64,000 nucleotides of DNA. Origin: Nitrosopumilus sp. (GTDB taxonomy: Archaea > Thermoproteota > Nitrososphaeria > Nitrososphaerales > Nitrosopumilaceae). A program made the position numbers and the translations under genes. The stretch lies in the NCBI GenBank assembly GCA_965218695.1, contig OZ244651.1, positions 960,001 to 1,024,000 on the forward strand, in the 5' to 3' direction. Under the pieces are notes generated by a model. The model saw only the letters and a list, made by a program, of their open reading frames with translations. It ran no database searches and was not told the DNA's origin. Position 1 is the first letter of the stretch; each line of letters opens with the position of its first letter. This document shows, one piece after another, positions 40,466-50,728 of this stretch.

Positions 40466-40606
40466 TTGGCCAAACATGTCACAATCTGGATTGATGGCGA
40501 GCTGGATCGCAGGGTAAGGGAGCACCAGGCCAAGATGATGCTGGCAAGCAACAAGGCATACAGCTACTCTGCTGCTATAAATGACCTGCTGGCAAGGGGC
40601 GCCTGA
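40466..40606 (+). CDS. RHH array unit 6
   Basis: MAKHVTIWIDGELDRRVREHQAKMMLASNKAYSYSAAINDLLARGA*. Confidence 0.72.
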   Translation: MAKHVTIWIDGELDRRVREHQAKMMLASNKAYSYSAAINDLLARGA

Positions 40607-40840
40607 CGGGCGTTGTCCATGCATCCAATGTCTGGCGGTGACGCGTCCGGGACCGCCGGCGGCCAAGGGACAGGCTGCGGTGGACGAGTTTGTGGCGGTG
40701 CTGGCGTACGTGCTTGAAAACCAATAATTGCCCAGTTGTTCTGCTGGCCTTTCGAACAAATACGCCAATTCTTATAGTGGCAGTCAAATCCGTTGTCATT
40801 GCGACCATTTAGTTACTCAAATCACTGGTGCCGGTAACAC

Positions 40841-41746
40841 ATGTCGCTTACCAGCCTGCTTAAACAAAAGAAATACAGGGATGCCTTCGCAGAACACTTC
40901 CCCGTACCTATCTGTTCTCTTGATGGAGACCTTCTGGCACAACCGAAAACGAAGCGGTACTCCATGATCGGAACCGCGTTCGATTACCTTCTCAGATTCC
41001 ACCTCAAGCGAACGAATCCGGATGCGGAATCGCGCCAGTGGGTGGCCGAATCGGGTTTGGATGAGCTGCGTCTGATGAGCGGTGGATACGGGCGAAGGTT
41101 GTCTGATGGCAAGGCCGTAAAAGTAGACCTGAACGGATCCGTAAAGGACATTTTCGTGCCTGTCGATGAGGACGGCAAAATGGTATACAGGGAGCTCGGC
41201 TTGGCGCAGGCGGAGGAGCGTTACGCCAAGACGGTAGCCGATTACGAGCGGTTCCTCAGCGACGGCAACATGAACCGTGGCATGATGCGCGGCGCGCTGT
41301 TTCTGGCACAACTCGATCCTATTCTTCGCGCCGGCCGCGTGGTATTCTCGGACATCGACGAGAATGACGTGGACGATTTGTCAAATCTGCTGGGAGTCGC
41401 AAAGAATATCGACTCCTTCACGCGCAGGCAAAGGTGCACGCTGAATCCCGTATTCGGGAAAGCGTCCGTAATAGTGGGAGGTGCTGATGCAGACCTCATA
41501 CTGGGCGATACGCTGATAGACATCAAGACGACCAAGTTCCTGAAGCTGAAACAGGATATGTGGAGCCAGGTGGTGGGGTATTACCTGCTGGACATGATCA
41601 ACGGAAACGGATATGACATCAAGAACCTCGGCATTTACTTCAGCAGACACGGGGTGTTGCAGACGTTTTCAGTGGACGATCTGGGCGATGTGGGGGATTT
41701 TATGGATTGGTTCAAGGAAGAAGTGAAAAAAGACAAGCGCCGTTGA
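40841..41746 (+). CDS. PD-(D/E)XK nuclease-like protein (301 aa)
   Basis: IGTAFDYLLRF, LNPVFG, GADADLILGDTLIDIKTTK, QVVGY. Confidence 0.75.
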   Translation: MSLTSLLKQKKYRDAFAEHFPVPICSLDGDLLAQPKTKRYSMIGTAFDYLLRFHLKRTNPDAESRQWVAESGLDELRLMSGGYGRRLSDGKAVKVDLNGSVKDIFVPVDEDGKMVYRELGLAQAEERYAKTVADYERFLSDGNMNRGMMRGALFLAQLDPILRAGRVVFSDIDENDVDDLSNLLGVAKNIDSFTRRQRCTLNPVFGKASVIVGGADADLILGDTLIDIKTTKFLKLKQDMWSQVVGYYLLDMINGNGYDIKNLGIYFSRHGVLQTFSVDDLGDVGDFMDWFKEEVKKDKRR

Positions 41747-41857
41747 ATACGAAATGTGCCTAACGGTGCCGACGATCGTGTGCCATAACGAGCATTCATG
41801 CAGTGGACTATGAACTGTATTCAAAGCATGCACGCGCTTGGCATCTGACGACATCTA

Positions 41858-42346
41858 TCAACCAAAGTCTGCAAGAAAGGTATCCTTGGTCGCCCCGTTT
41901 CGTTTCACGCCGTCCACCAAGTGGTCATAGTCCTCTTGGAAGCATATCATGTTCATGCTTCCCGGCCCGTCTATACCGGTCGCCTCCGGCTCGCCGATGT
42001 TCTCAGGTTTAGGACGCATGTCGAAGTAGACTCTGCGTATCTCATGCGACTGCCGGCCTAGTTTTTCCTTCAACTCCTCGACTAGCGGACCACCTGCCCA
42101 TTTGCCAAAGAAGTTACGCTTCTTGTGGCTGATCCTATGTCTACCTGTGCTTACTTCCACCAGAAGAAGGACATTACCTGACCCAAATACGAGATCGACT
42201 TCTCCCTTTATCGGATCTGGGTGATCCTGAAGTATTATGTTGGAACCTACCAAATCAAAACCCATGTCAGACAGCAAGTACGCAACTTTTCTCTCATGTC
42301 CATCATGGATCTGCTCTACACGTTCACGCGTTTCCTCGTCCAACAC
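41858..42346 (-). CDS. Restriction-endonuclease-fold (PD-(D/E)XK-like) protein (162 aa)
   Basis: HERKVA..L...GF, GEVDLVF...LLLVEVS. Confidence 0.6.
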   Translation of the reverse strand: MLDEETRERVEQIHDGHERKVAYLLSDMGFDLVGSNIILQDHPDPIKGEVDLVFGSGNVLLLVEVSTGRHRISHKKRNFFGKWAGGPLVEELKEKLGRQSHEIRRVYFDMRPKPENIGEPEATGIDGPGSMNMICFQEDYDHLVDGVKRNGATKDTFLADFG

Positions 42347-42772
42347 CGATTCGTGTGCGACGTGGATTCATAAAGATTAGTATGATTGGGTCTGTTACCA
42401 AAATCTGCAAATAACAATCTTAAATTTTCATAATCAAATTTTGACCTGCAAAATCGATTCTTCACAATAACGATGTCTTCCCCAATGCCCTCATAGATTT
42501 GGTTACGGATGAATATGAAATGCTGCCTCTTGATATTTTCGATCTCCGGATCCCCGAACATCTTGCGCGAGATTAGTATTACCGCGGGAATATTACCCAT
42601 GTCGTAGACCTCCTCGATTATGTAATCGACGAATCTTTCCACATCATCCACGCCATGAAAAAGGAAGTCTCCAACAACGACCAGTATTCCAGTCTTGTCT
42701 GCCGGAATTTGATGTGTTTTTGCAAATCCCCTGATTCTGGCTTTTACCCTGTATTCCTGCCTTACATCGTTC
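42316..42772 (-). pseudogene. Hypothetical protein, N-terminally truncated by IS66 copy 3
   Basis: Frame stays open upstream of 42651 (..THQIPADKTGILVVVGDFLFHGVDDVER..) up to the IS end. Confidence 0.55.
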
Positions 42773-44298
42773 GTAAGTGTTCACGTCGTGCCTAATTCAG
42801 TTCACTCTTGGGTAAATTTTGTGCAAACCACAGATCCAAATAGGATGGTAATCCAAACCCAATGTGAAAAGCCAGGCTGAACTCAAAAAGATGTACACGG
42901 ATCTCAAGACTGAGAACATCAAGCTCAAGCAGACGATTGAGATGCAAGGGCAGATAATTGAGGAATTGAATCTGGCAGTTGCTGATCTTAAGCGCAGGCT
43001 GGTGCGGCATGACAATTACAACACCCCGTCATCACAAAAAAGGGGGCCCGGATGGCCTGACACAAAGGGAAAAGGCGACGAAAAGAATGCCTACAATAAA
43101 TCCACAAAAGCCTCCCGGGATCAAAAGGACCGCGTGGATGCGGCCGGCAGCGGGAAGTCGCGCGGGGGGCAAAAAGGCCACATGGGCCGCACCCGCAAGC
43201 CAAAACCCACCGAGTTTGAGGAACACACCCCGGAGGCCTGCCCCGAATGCGGCTCGGGTAGCCTTTCCATAGTGCAGTCAGAAAAACGCGACATTACCAG
43301 AGTGGAGCGCACGATAAAGGTCATCACCACGCGCCACACCATAAACACGTGTCGCTGCTCCTGCGGTCTGGTGGACATCAAGCCCGAGACCGGCCTTCCA
43401 GACAAGGGCAGCTACGATCCGAGCATAACGACTGATGTTGCAGACGATTACGTGTGTCGCATGCCGTTTAGGATGATCGCAGACCGCATGTCGCGGTACG
43501 GAATTACACTCTCCTCGGGCACGGCGCACAACATAATGCGCAGGCTGGGAACGTCGCTGGGCGCCCCTGCGGCAGCCATTGCCGCCATGATACGCAAGGC
43601 CAAGATACTGCACGCCGACGAGACATCGATTCACCTAAACGGCCGCAACGTCTGGGTGTGGATACTGCACGATCCGCTGACCGGGCACGCGCTGTACGTG
43701 ATACGGGACAGCCGGGGGGCAAAGGTTCTGAAAGAAGCGCTTGGGGGTTGGGACGGCACGTTAGTGTGCGACGGCTGGACGGCGTACGGAAAATACCGCG
43801 TCCAGCGCTGCTGGTCGCACATAATACGCGAGGCCAGGGACATCTGCAACCGCAATCCGGACTGCCCAGGCGCGCGCAACGTCCTGAAGCACCTGCGCAT
43901 AATCTATGATTATGCCAGAAGGGCAAGCAGGAAACGCTCGCGCTCTCTCCGGGACAACGCGTCTGCCATGCTGACGTCATGCATCGAAAAGATCGTTGCA
44001 AGGTACGCCGACGATCCAATATTGGAAAAATTCATGGTCAAGATCAGCAATGCTGGCAGCGACCTGTTCCGGTTCGTGCTGAACCCAAAGATCCCGCCTA
44101 CAAACAATGCTGCAGAACGCGGGTTGCGCGAGATAGTCGTGCACAGAAAAATACGGGGCAGCATAAGGGCAGAGGAGACGATGACGTGGATGGCGAATTT
44201 CTTTTCATGTGTAATGACATGGAAAAACAAGAAATTGGATTACTTGGCGGAGATTGCAAAATACGCCTAAAAATGAGTTAAACCACGTGAACACTTAC
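42773..44298 (+). mobile_element. IS66-family element, copy 3; transposase 42864-44270
   Basis: 1526 bp, same TIRs; flanks CATCGTTC / GAAAATTA do not form a TSD. Confidence 0.95.
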
Positions 44299-44303
44299 GA
44301 AAA

Positions 44304-44647
44304 TTATTTAAGAACGCTATCATGCATGGTTTTCGATTTGCGTGTGTAAGACCTCCGACGTGTTGTTGTAGATGACTTGTTAGTTGCTGTATTGCTGTTC
44401 TGATAATTCTTGAATTCATATTCTGCTTCGTACACTAATCTCAAAATCTTGTCAGTAAACTTCAGTGTGAGTTCTACACGTGCCTTATCCGGCGGTTCAA
44501 CTTTATGAGTAGTTCTGTCTCCGTTTGTCCGTATGATGTTTGCCATGTCTTCCAAGGCAGGAGTAATATATCCAAGATTTTTTAGATGGTCTATATGCCC
44601 CACAAAATCCAAACTTTCTTCCGCTCCTTTGTCAACCGCCACATGCA
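44304..44647 (-). pseudogene. DUF4145-like domain C-terminal fragment
   Basis: MHVAVDKGA....FVGHIDHL...GYIT.....MANIIRTNGD...H; cut by the IS630 element. Confidence 0.6.
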
Positions 44648-45945
44648 TAGTAGACGACAGAATGTTTCGCTCATTTTGCCATGAGTGGCAAGTACCTGAT
44701 ATTCAAATTAAAACCCCGCCAGGACGACACGGCGTAAGCATGGTCCAAATGGTTTTGGTGCAAAAATTCCCGTGAAGATCCTTACGGCGTAAGGTACTTC
44801 ATGAGTTTGACGGGTTTCATCTCGCCTGTTCTGATTATTCTCTTGACGGCGCCTGCAACCTCACCTGTAGTCTTGAACTGCCTTCCGGCAAGTATTCTCT
44901 TGAGCACCCTCCACTGGACCTCGATGGGGTTGAGCTGCGGGGTGTACGGCGGGAGGAATATCAGCCGCACGTCTCCTCCGGTGCCCTTCACAAAATTCTT
45001 CACCGTATCCGTCTTGTGATATGACGCGTTGTCCAAAACCATGACGAATCTTCCGTACGTCCGGCGCATGTCTTTTAGGAAATCTACGAACGTTTCGGAG
45101 TTTGTGGACTCGACTTCTTTTGCGTGGATCCGGCCCAGGGCCAGCGCGCCAAACATCCGGACTGATCTCGTGCTGAACTTGACGCTTACCGTGCCTCTGC
45201 CTCCTATGGGCCTCCACCCGTATCCGGCGCCTGCCCCCAGCTGGACTGCAGCCTCGTCTCCTGCAAGCACGGCGTATCCGCGTGAAATTACGCCCAGGAT
45301 CGTTCTTTTTGTCTTCTCCTTGAATTGCTCCTGCTCCTCGGTCGTGGCAGACTTGCGGGGCGCGGGCCGGGGTTTTGTGTATGAGAACCTGATCCGGTGC
45401 AGTGCCCGCTGTAGCGTGCGGATGCAGCCGAATGCGCAGATCCTGCTCCTGATTGCGTCGCGCACCATGCCCAAGCTCCACGACGCGGATGCGAATCCGA
45501 ATTTGGACGGATCCTCGTACAGTCAGTTTCTTATCATCCTGACTGTGTGCTCGCCCAGTATCCTCTTTCTCCCGGTTGACTTTTTGTCAAACCTGCCGTT
45601 CAATCCATCTTGGACGAGCCGCACGAGCCACCCGCGGATGGTGGAGTACGGCCTCATCATGGAGCCGGATATGGCGCGCAGGCTCATTCCGTCTTTTCTC
45701 TTGCAGCACGCAACCAGTATGTCGCGCGCCTTGCCTGACGGCGTTTGGGAAATCATCCGGCGGATCTTGTCTTGGCTCACGTCTTGCAGGAATTGGTCGC
45801 CTTTGGGCAGCCTGTCATTCTTGTATGGCGTGTTTGAGAATATCACCCAGATTTTCAGCACGTTCTGGGATCAAAATCTTTCGGTGGGAAATAACACCCA
45901 CTCAATTTACGCGCTTAAATGATCGAAACATTTTGTCGTCCACTA
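44648..45945 (-). mobile_element. IS630-family element whose transposase carries a nonsense codon
   Basis: TIR TAGTAGACGACAGAATGTTTCG / CGAAACATTTTGTCGTCCACTA; ORFs 45523-45861 and 44782-45474 are in frame, separated by TGA; GDE, LDNASYH, LPPYTPQLNPIE. Confidence 0.85.
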
Positions 45946-45949
45946 TGCA

Positions 45950-46037
45950 TAGTAGACGACAGAATGTTTCGCTCATTTTCCTTTGAATTCATGCCTGATT
46001 TTGCTGGATAATGAGCGGATCATTATGTCCGGTACTA
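45950..46037. mobile_element. 88-bp MITE built from IS630-type ends
   Basis: TAGTAGACGACAGAATGTTTCGCTCATT ... AATGAGCGGATCATTATGTCCGGTACTA; TGCA on both sides. Confidence 0.7.
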
Positions 46038-46041
46038 TGCA

Positions 46042-46861
46042 TAGTAGGGCCTGGTTTGAGCTTTTTGTCTGCTATCGCCATAAAATTAGTGGCATATCCA
46101 GCATTGCCATTTGCACATGTATCTTTGAAAATCTTTTTACTAATAGAGGCCATTTGCTTTTGCATATTTTTGGTCGTGTCAAGCGGTTTAAACATGGCAT
46201 ATCCTTCTTTGCCGCCTTCACGCGTATTGCCTGTAAACGGTGGATTCATCACGATTACGTCAAAGAAATCGTTCGGTATGTCTGGATTGTAATAAGCATC
46301 CGTTCCCTTGCCGCGTATCGTTTCACCCTTCTTGTCAAACGTGATCTTGTCCAATATCAGATTGAGTGAACCCAAATGGCATACTTTAGCCTTCATTCCA
46401 AACCATGCCACTTTCACATTAGTTTGCTCAAACAGTTTTTTTGGGAAAAAATTTGCCAATGATGAAGCTGTCAGGTGGGTAGCACTTGGCAGTACATCCG
46501 CACCATACATGCATTTTTCCATCATCTTGTCATGGATCATCTCCATGTTGCCGCCGTTTATCTCATAATTTTGGATCAAATTCCTGTACAGTGAAGTCAG
46601 GAGAGTGCCTGTCCCGCATGCAAAGTCGGCGCACCTTACAGACAGCATGGATTTTTCGTTTTTGTAAACGTCCGCACTGATCGGTGGAGTCACGATGGAT
46701 GCCAAAAGTGCGGCTGATTCGGACATTGTATAAAATGATGCGAGTGCTTTACGATCGCTTATCATGCGTTGTATGAGCGAGCCATACATGTCGGTGGATT
46801 GCAGCAAACCCATCCTGCCTATGCGGCTGGTCGTCTGTACCAGTTTGTCAATTATTATCAT
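46042..46861 (-). pseudogene. Internal fragment of an amino-DNA methyltransferase (type IIG-like RM protein)
   Basis: FYT, ADFACGTGTLL (motif I), GADV, MNPPF (motif IV), KLKPG, then truncated. Confidence 0.78.
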
Positions 46862-46916
46862 GTATATCAGGACAAAATAATTTTATTTGGTTCCGTGCCT
46901 GCGACGCTCCAGCCTC

Positions 46917-47153
46917 TCATCTCGCGCAGACGCCGCCAGAATAGTCGCCCAGCACCAGCATGCGGGAACAATGGGCCAGCATCGCGTCGTCGTGGTCGTC
47001 CATCTTGCAGTCGCACCCCGGGCACATCCACGTGAAATCGTCGGTGTAGCTGTGGCCGTAATCTCTCTGCATCAGGGTGAGGCCGCATTCTGCCATCTGC
47101 GAGTCGGCGTGCTTTTCAATGGCTCGTCCGCAGATCGGGCATGTGCGTTCCAT
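46917..47153 (-). CDS. Small protein with two CxxC-x6-H-x7-C repeats
   Basis: CPICGRAIEKHADSQMAEC and CPGCDCKMDDHDDAMLAHC. Confidence 0.6.
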   Translation of the reverse strand: MERTCPICGRAIEKHADSQMAECGLTLMQRDYGHSYTDDFTWMCPGCDCKMDDHDDAMLAHCSRMLVLGDYSGGVCAR

Positions 47154-47303
47154 GTCAGCGGAGCGAGCGTTGCTTAAAAAGGAAAAAACCAGTCCGTTCC
47201 CTAATGCGTGCCCGGCCAACGTGGGTTTTGGGCGTGGCAGAGACCAAAAATTGTGCATCCTGCCAGACACGCACGTCAAACGTCGCAACGCATGCAAGTA
47301 CTA

Positions 47304-48398
47304 TAGTGGCGATCAAAAGTTCCTGCAAAATAATTCGGCTTTTCTGTTAAGGAATTTGAACAAATCCAGATTGAATCTTGCAGTTCGATAATACTGGGAG
47401 ACGGCACTGTGCATGTCCAAGAAGGTTTTGTAGTATTCTGAGACAAGCAGGTTCCGTTTTCCTTGGTGCCAGCATTCTTCCACGGCGTTGAGATACGGCG
47501 AGCCTTTTGGCAGGTATATGATCTTGATGTTCTTGTTCTCGCGCAGCAGCGTCCGGACGGCTTTTGCGCGGTGCGGGGACGCCCTGTCCACCATGACGGC
47601 CACCTTCCCAAAATGCCTCTGCAGGGCCTTGAGGTACGCAACAAATGTGGGCGCGTTAAACCCGCTGGCAGTCCTGAAGAACTGCCTGCCATCGGTCGTG
47701 ACTGAACCGTACACGGCGATTCTTTTGTGGCTTCCAGTGTATGGCACGGTTATTGGCACCCCCACGGGGGACCAATACTTGCGGCCAGATTTTACGTCGT
47801 GTATGAAGAACGCCTCGTCTTCCACGACTGGGACAAAATCGTCCTTTTCTAGGCGTGAAATTCTCTTTTTGAGGCGATATTGCCAGCTTTTTACGGCCGT
47901 TTTGGTGGCCCTGTTGATGTGGATCCTTTGCGACCCCTTGGGAGACAGGCCGTATTTTTGCATGATTTTCCTGATGTTCGTTCTGTGCATCTTTGTTCCC
48001 GTTTCCCTGTGTATGACCTGCTGCAGTTCGGCAGGAGTGGTCTTGAACCGGTCCACTACCTTGTCCAGTATGCCGTCCATCGCTTCCGGCGAAATCTTGG
48101 GCGGCCTGCCGGATCTGGGAAGATCCCGGAGGCCTTCGAGGCCTCCTTCCTCGTATCTGCGCATCCAGCGGTATACCCACCGGTCAGCCTGCAAGAGAAT
48201 GTCTGCGGCATCGCTTATGCTCATCTTGCGCACGTGTACCATGTGCACTGCAAGCATTCTGACACGCACCCTGCCGTCTTTTTCCTTTTTGTACGCCTTT
48301 TCGAGTTCTTCCTGTTTTGTTTCGTCCATGCTGCGTTCAAGGACCACGGATCTACATAGTTTTCGGGCAGAATTTGTCAAAACTTTTGCGCGTCACTA
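47304..48398 (-). mobile_element. IS630-family element, intact transposase 47313-48380
   Basis: Ends TAGTG../..CACTA with TA duplication in CTAG context; EDE, VDRASPH, LPKGSPYLNAVE. Confidence 0.9.
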
Positions 48399-48401
48399 TA
48401 G

Positions 48402-48790
48402 AATAGGGTTGGTTAGCAGGTTCCCATCCCAGTCGTACTTGTATATCCTGTTTCCCAGTTGGTGTCCACCCTCGCCAGCTGCTGTGAAATAGAGATAGAC
48501 TGTGGAATCGGCGCTGGTTATTCCCAGCAGTCCGCTCTCCCAGGTAGGATCGATGGTAACTTCCAATACGGGTTTGTTCTGCATGATTCCGTCCCGAATC
48601 AGGTGGACGGTGCCGGCCTTGTGTAATATCAGTATGTCATCATCCACAAAAGTATGGTGGTGTGTCCCCATCCTATTCCCTGCGCAAACTCCTCAAGGAC
48701 CAGGCTGTCATCGTGCAGTACGGGTTCGCCAAACGCTGCAGGCAGGACACCGACGAAAACAAATCCCAGAATAGCAAGAGACGGTGCGTC
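48402..48790 (-). pseudogene. PQQ-dependent sugar dehydrogenase N-terminal fragment
   Basis: Signal-like LAILGFVFVGVLPAAFGEPVLHDDSLVLEEFAQG, frameshift, then GTVHLIRDG..ESGLLGIT..VYLYFT..NRIYKYDWDG; cut by IS630. Confidence 0.7.
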
Positions 48791-48890
48791 CAATTTCTCA
48801 TCATGTGGTGTTTGGCGTTAAATAGATTTGTTATGTTTGGTGGCAGAATCCCTGCCCACAGTAGAATATAATTTGGTGCCTGGCAGACGA

Positions 48891-49100
48891 CTATTTCTTC
48901 AGGACTGGGGTCCCGGCGGTGTCGTTTGCACGCTCAGAATCAAATGTCTCCATGTGGTCCAGATCCCTGTGCATGTAGCTGTGGGTCTCTCCCTTTTTCT
49001 TTCTGCAGAACTTTGAGTGGATCTTTACCTGTATGTCCAGCGTGGTCTGGTTTTCGTGGAAGATGCGTATTTCGCAATCAGGACATATCATCTCCGGCAT
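48891..49100 (-). CDS. Small putative zinc-binding protein (69 aa)
   Basis: CPDC...HSKFC; TAAATATA box upstream. Confidence 0.65.
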   Translation of the reverse strand: MPEMICPDCEIRIFHENQTTLDIQVKIHSKFCRKKKGETHSYMHRDLDHMETFDSERANDTAGTPVLKK

Positions 49101-49221
49101 GAGTCGGGTCTGTGTTGAATATATTTAGATGTTTACAGGCGGTGTTCAGGAGAAGGCCCGGCAGGTACTCCATCAGTGCCTGGCGTGTGTCTGCAGTATG
49201 CCAAACCTTGTGTGGCGCCTG

Positions 49222-49686
49222 CTACTCTGCTAGCCATTTTACCAAGGCTCCGTTTGGATCTGCAAGCTCGTCTATGCTCGTGTAGTACCAGTCTTGCCAA
49301 CCCTTCTTTGGTAGACCCGCAAACAGCATCAAGTTGAGCGGGTACGCATCGCTGTCAGTGCACCGGCGAAAATCATCACGGAACAAAAAGATCTCCTTGC
49401 CCCACGCGATTGCCATGCCAAGCTCAACCATCACGCCCTCGTCTGGCGGTGTTCCGTTAACCACCGCAAAGATTCCGTCTGCGTCTTTGACGTCTTGCAT
49501 GTCAGAGCGGCCTATCTCGTACGGGCTGTCGTCTCCGGGTCTGCCTTTTTGGTTGTTTCGCTCAAAAGGTTCCCACACCTCGGCTCCGAGTCCGTCTAGC
49601 ACCCTTACAAGATCTTGCAACGGTCCCGCTTTTTGTTGTGCGGAGAACCCGTACGGGTTTGCAAGATAGAGCGTCTTTTTTGTCAT
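49222..49686 (-). CDS. Nucleoside 2-deoxyribosyltransferase-family protein
   Basis: LYLANPYGFS, WEPF, D..DV..AD, PDEGVMVELGMA, NLM. Confidence 0.82.
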   Translation of the reverse strand: MTKKTLYLANPYGFSAQQKAGPLQDLVRVLDGLGAEVWEPFERNNQKGRPGDDSPYEIGRSDMQDVKDADGIFAVVNGTPPDEGVMVELGMAIAWGKEIFLFRDDFRRCTDSDAYPLNLMLFAGLPKKGWQDWYYTSIDELADPNGALVKWLAE

Positions 49687-50097
49687 CTCCTGATGTCTTC
49701 TTTTTGCATTTTGTTTGTATTTGTTTCGAGGCGTGTGGGAATCTTGGGGGCGTGGTTTGACCACAATCACGATGAGGGAGACGACGGCAAGCGCTTGTGT
49801 GCAAGATGCCGCTCAAGAAGGAAACAACAATGGGGGAACGGACAGGGGAGAAACGTCGGCTCCAATTGGATGTTTCAGATGTGCCCGGATACGCCGTCAA
49901 GGCAGGAGTCATCCAAATGACCGTGCCTGGTTTGGGGACAGTCGGCACGTACAAACAAAATCTTTAGATGCACACCGGCCCATCATGAATCATGGATGAA
50001 TTTGAAATATCGTCTTTTTCCATGTGGTCGCTGATTACAGGGATTCTAATGCTTGTCACCGGACTCAGTTATCGCATGTACATGAGGAAGAGGAGCG

Positions 50098-50673
50098 ATG
50101 AAGTCGTTTCATCCTGAGAAGAAGGGACTGCGCGGACTGACAGTTGCAGAGAGCTTTGGACAAAATAATGACAGGGCCGTTCTTGCCGGAGTCGTCATGA
50201 GAAGCGACCTTGTAATTGATGGTTTTGTGTTTGGGGATGCGATGCTGGCAGGGGACGATGCAACCCGTGCAATCCTTGACATGCATGCAAGACTTGGACG
50301 GTCCGATGTAAACTATGTGCTGGTATCGGGCATGATACTGTCCAGGTACAACATCGTGGATCTAAAGGAGCTGCATGAGACCCTCGGGATGCCTGTCGTC
50401 GGGCTCTCCTATCATGACTCTGACGGCCTAGAGTCCACCATCCGGCAGAACTTTCCGAATTCGTTTGAACCAAAGGTCGCAGCATACCGGAGACTGGGCA
50501 GCAGGCAGAGGATACGATTAAGGACGTCGCATGACGTCTTTGTAAGGGTGTCAGGGTGTACTGCAGGCGATGCCGCATGTATCCTCAACAAGCTGACACT
50601 GCACGGATCGGTTCCGGAGCCTGTGAGGGTATCGCGTCTGGCCGCAAGGGCACTTGATGCGTTTCAGGCATGA
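50098..50673 (+). CDS. DUF99 family protein (endonuclease V-like)
   Basis: AESF...LAGVVMRSDLVIDG, GDDAT, YNIVD, PEPVRV. Confidence 0.85.
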   Translation: MKSFHPEKKGLRGLTVAESFGQNNDRAVLAGVVMRSDLVIDGFVFGDAMLAGDDATRAILDMHARLGRSDVNYVLVSGMILSRYNIVDLKELHETLGMPVVGLSYHDSDGLESTIRQNFPNSFEPKVAAYRRLGSRQRIRLRTSHDVFVRVSGCTAGDAACILNKLTLHGSVPEPVRVSRLAARALDAFQA

Positions 50674-50728
50674 CTTGTACACGTCACGGTACCCAGATAT
50701 TCTATCCTGGCATGTCTGGGGATGGTGA

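Larger units (their letters stand above)
39746..40606 (+). repeat. Tandem array of six units of about 144 bp, each a 46-codon ribbon-helix-helix gene
   Basis: Units start at 39746 (frameshifted), 39888, 40032, 40176, 40320 and 40466; junctions TAG-GAA-TTG; units 4 and 5 identical. Confidence 0.9.

Noticed and set aside
39746-40606. Possible CRISPR array
   Set aside because: Units are 144 bp, homologous along their whole length and protein-coding; there are no unique spacers and no cas genes
38163-40619. IS5-like ends (GTGGACAACTCCC at 38163 and GGGCGTTGTCCA at 40608) bracketing the RHH region as a composite transposon
   Set aside because: The second match is only 12 bp with no IS-like sequence beyond it; may be chance
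39708-40768. Minus-strand ORFs listed over the repeat array
   Set aside because: Antisense shadows of the plus-strand RHH units, with no consistent starts or stops
44782-45861. Programmed frameshift or recoding in the split IS630 transposase
   Set aside because: Both ORFs are in the same frame and the TGA is most simply a TGG-to-TGA nonsense mutation
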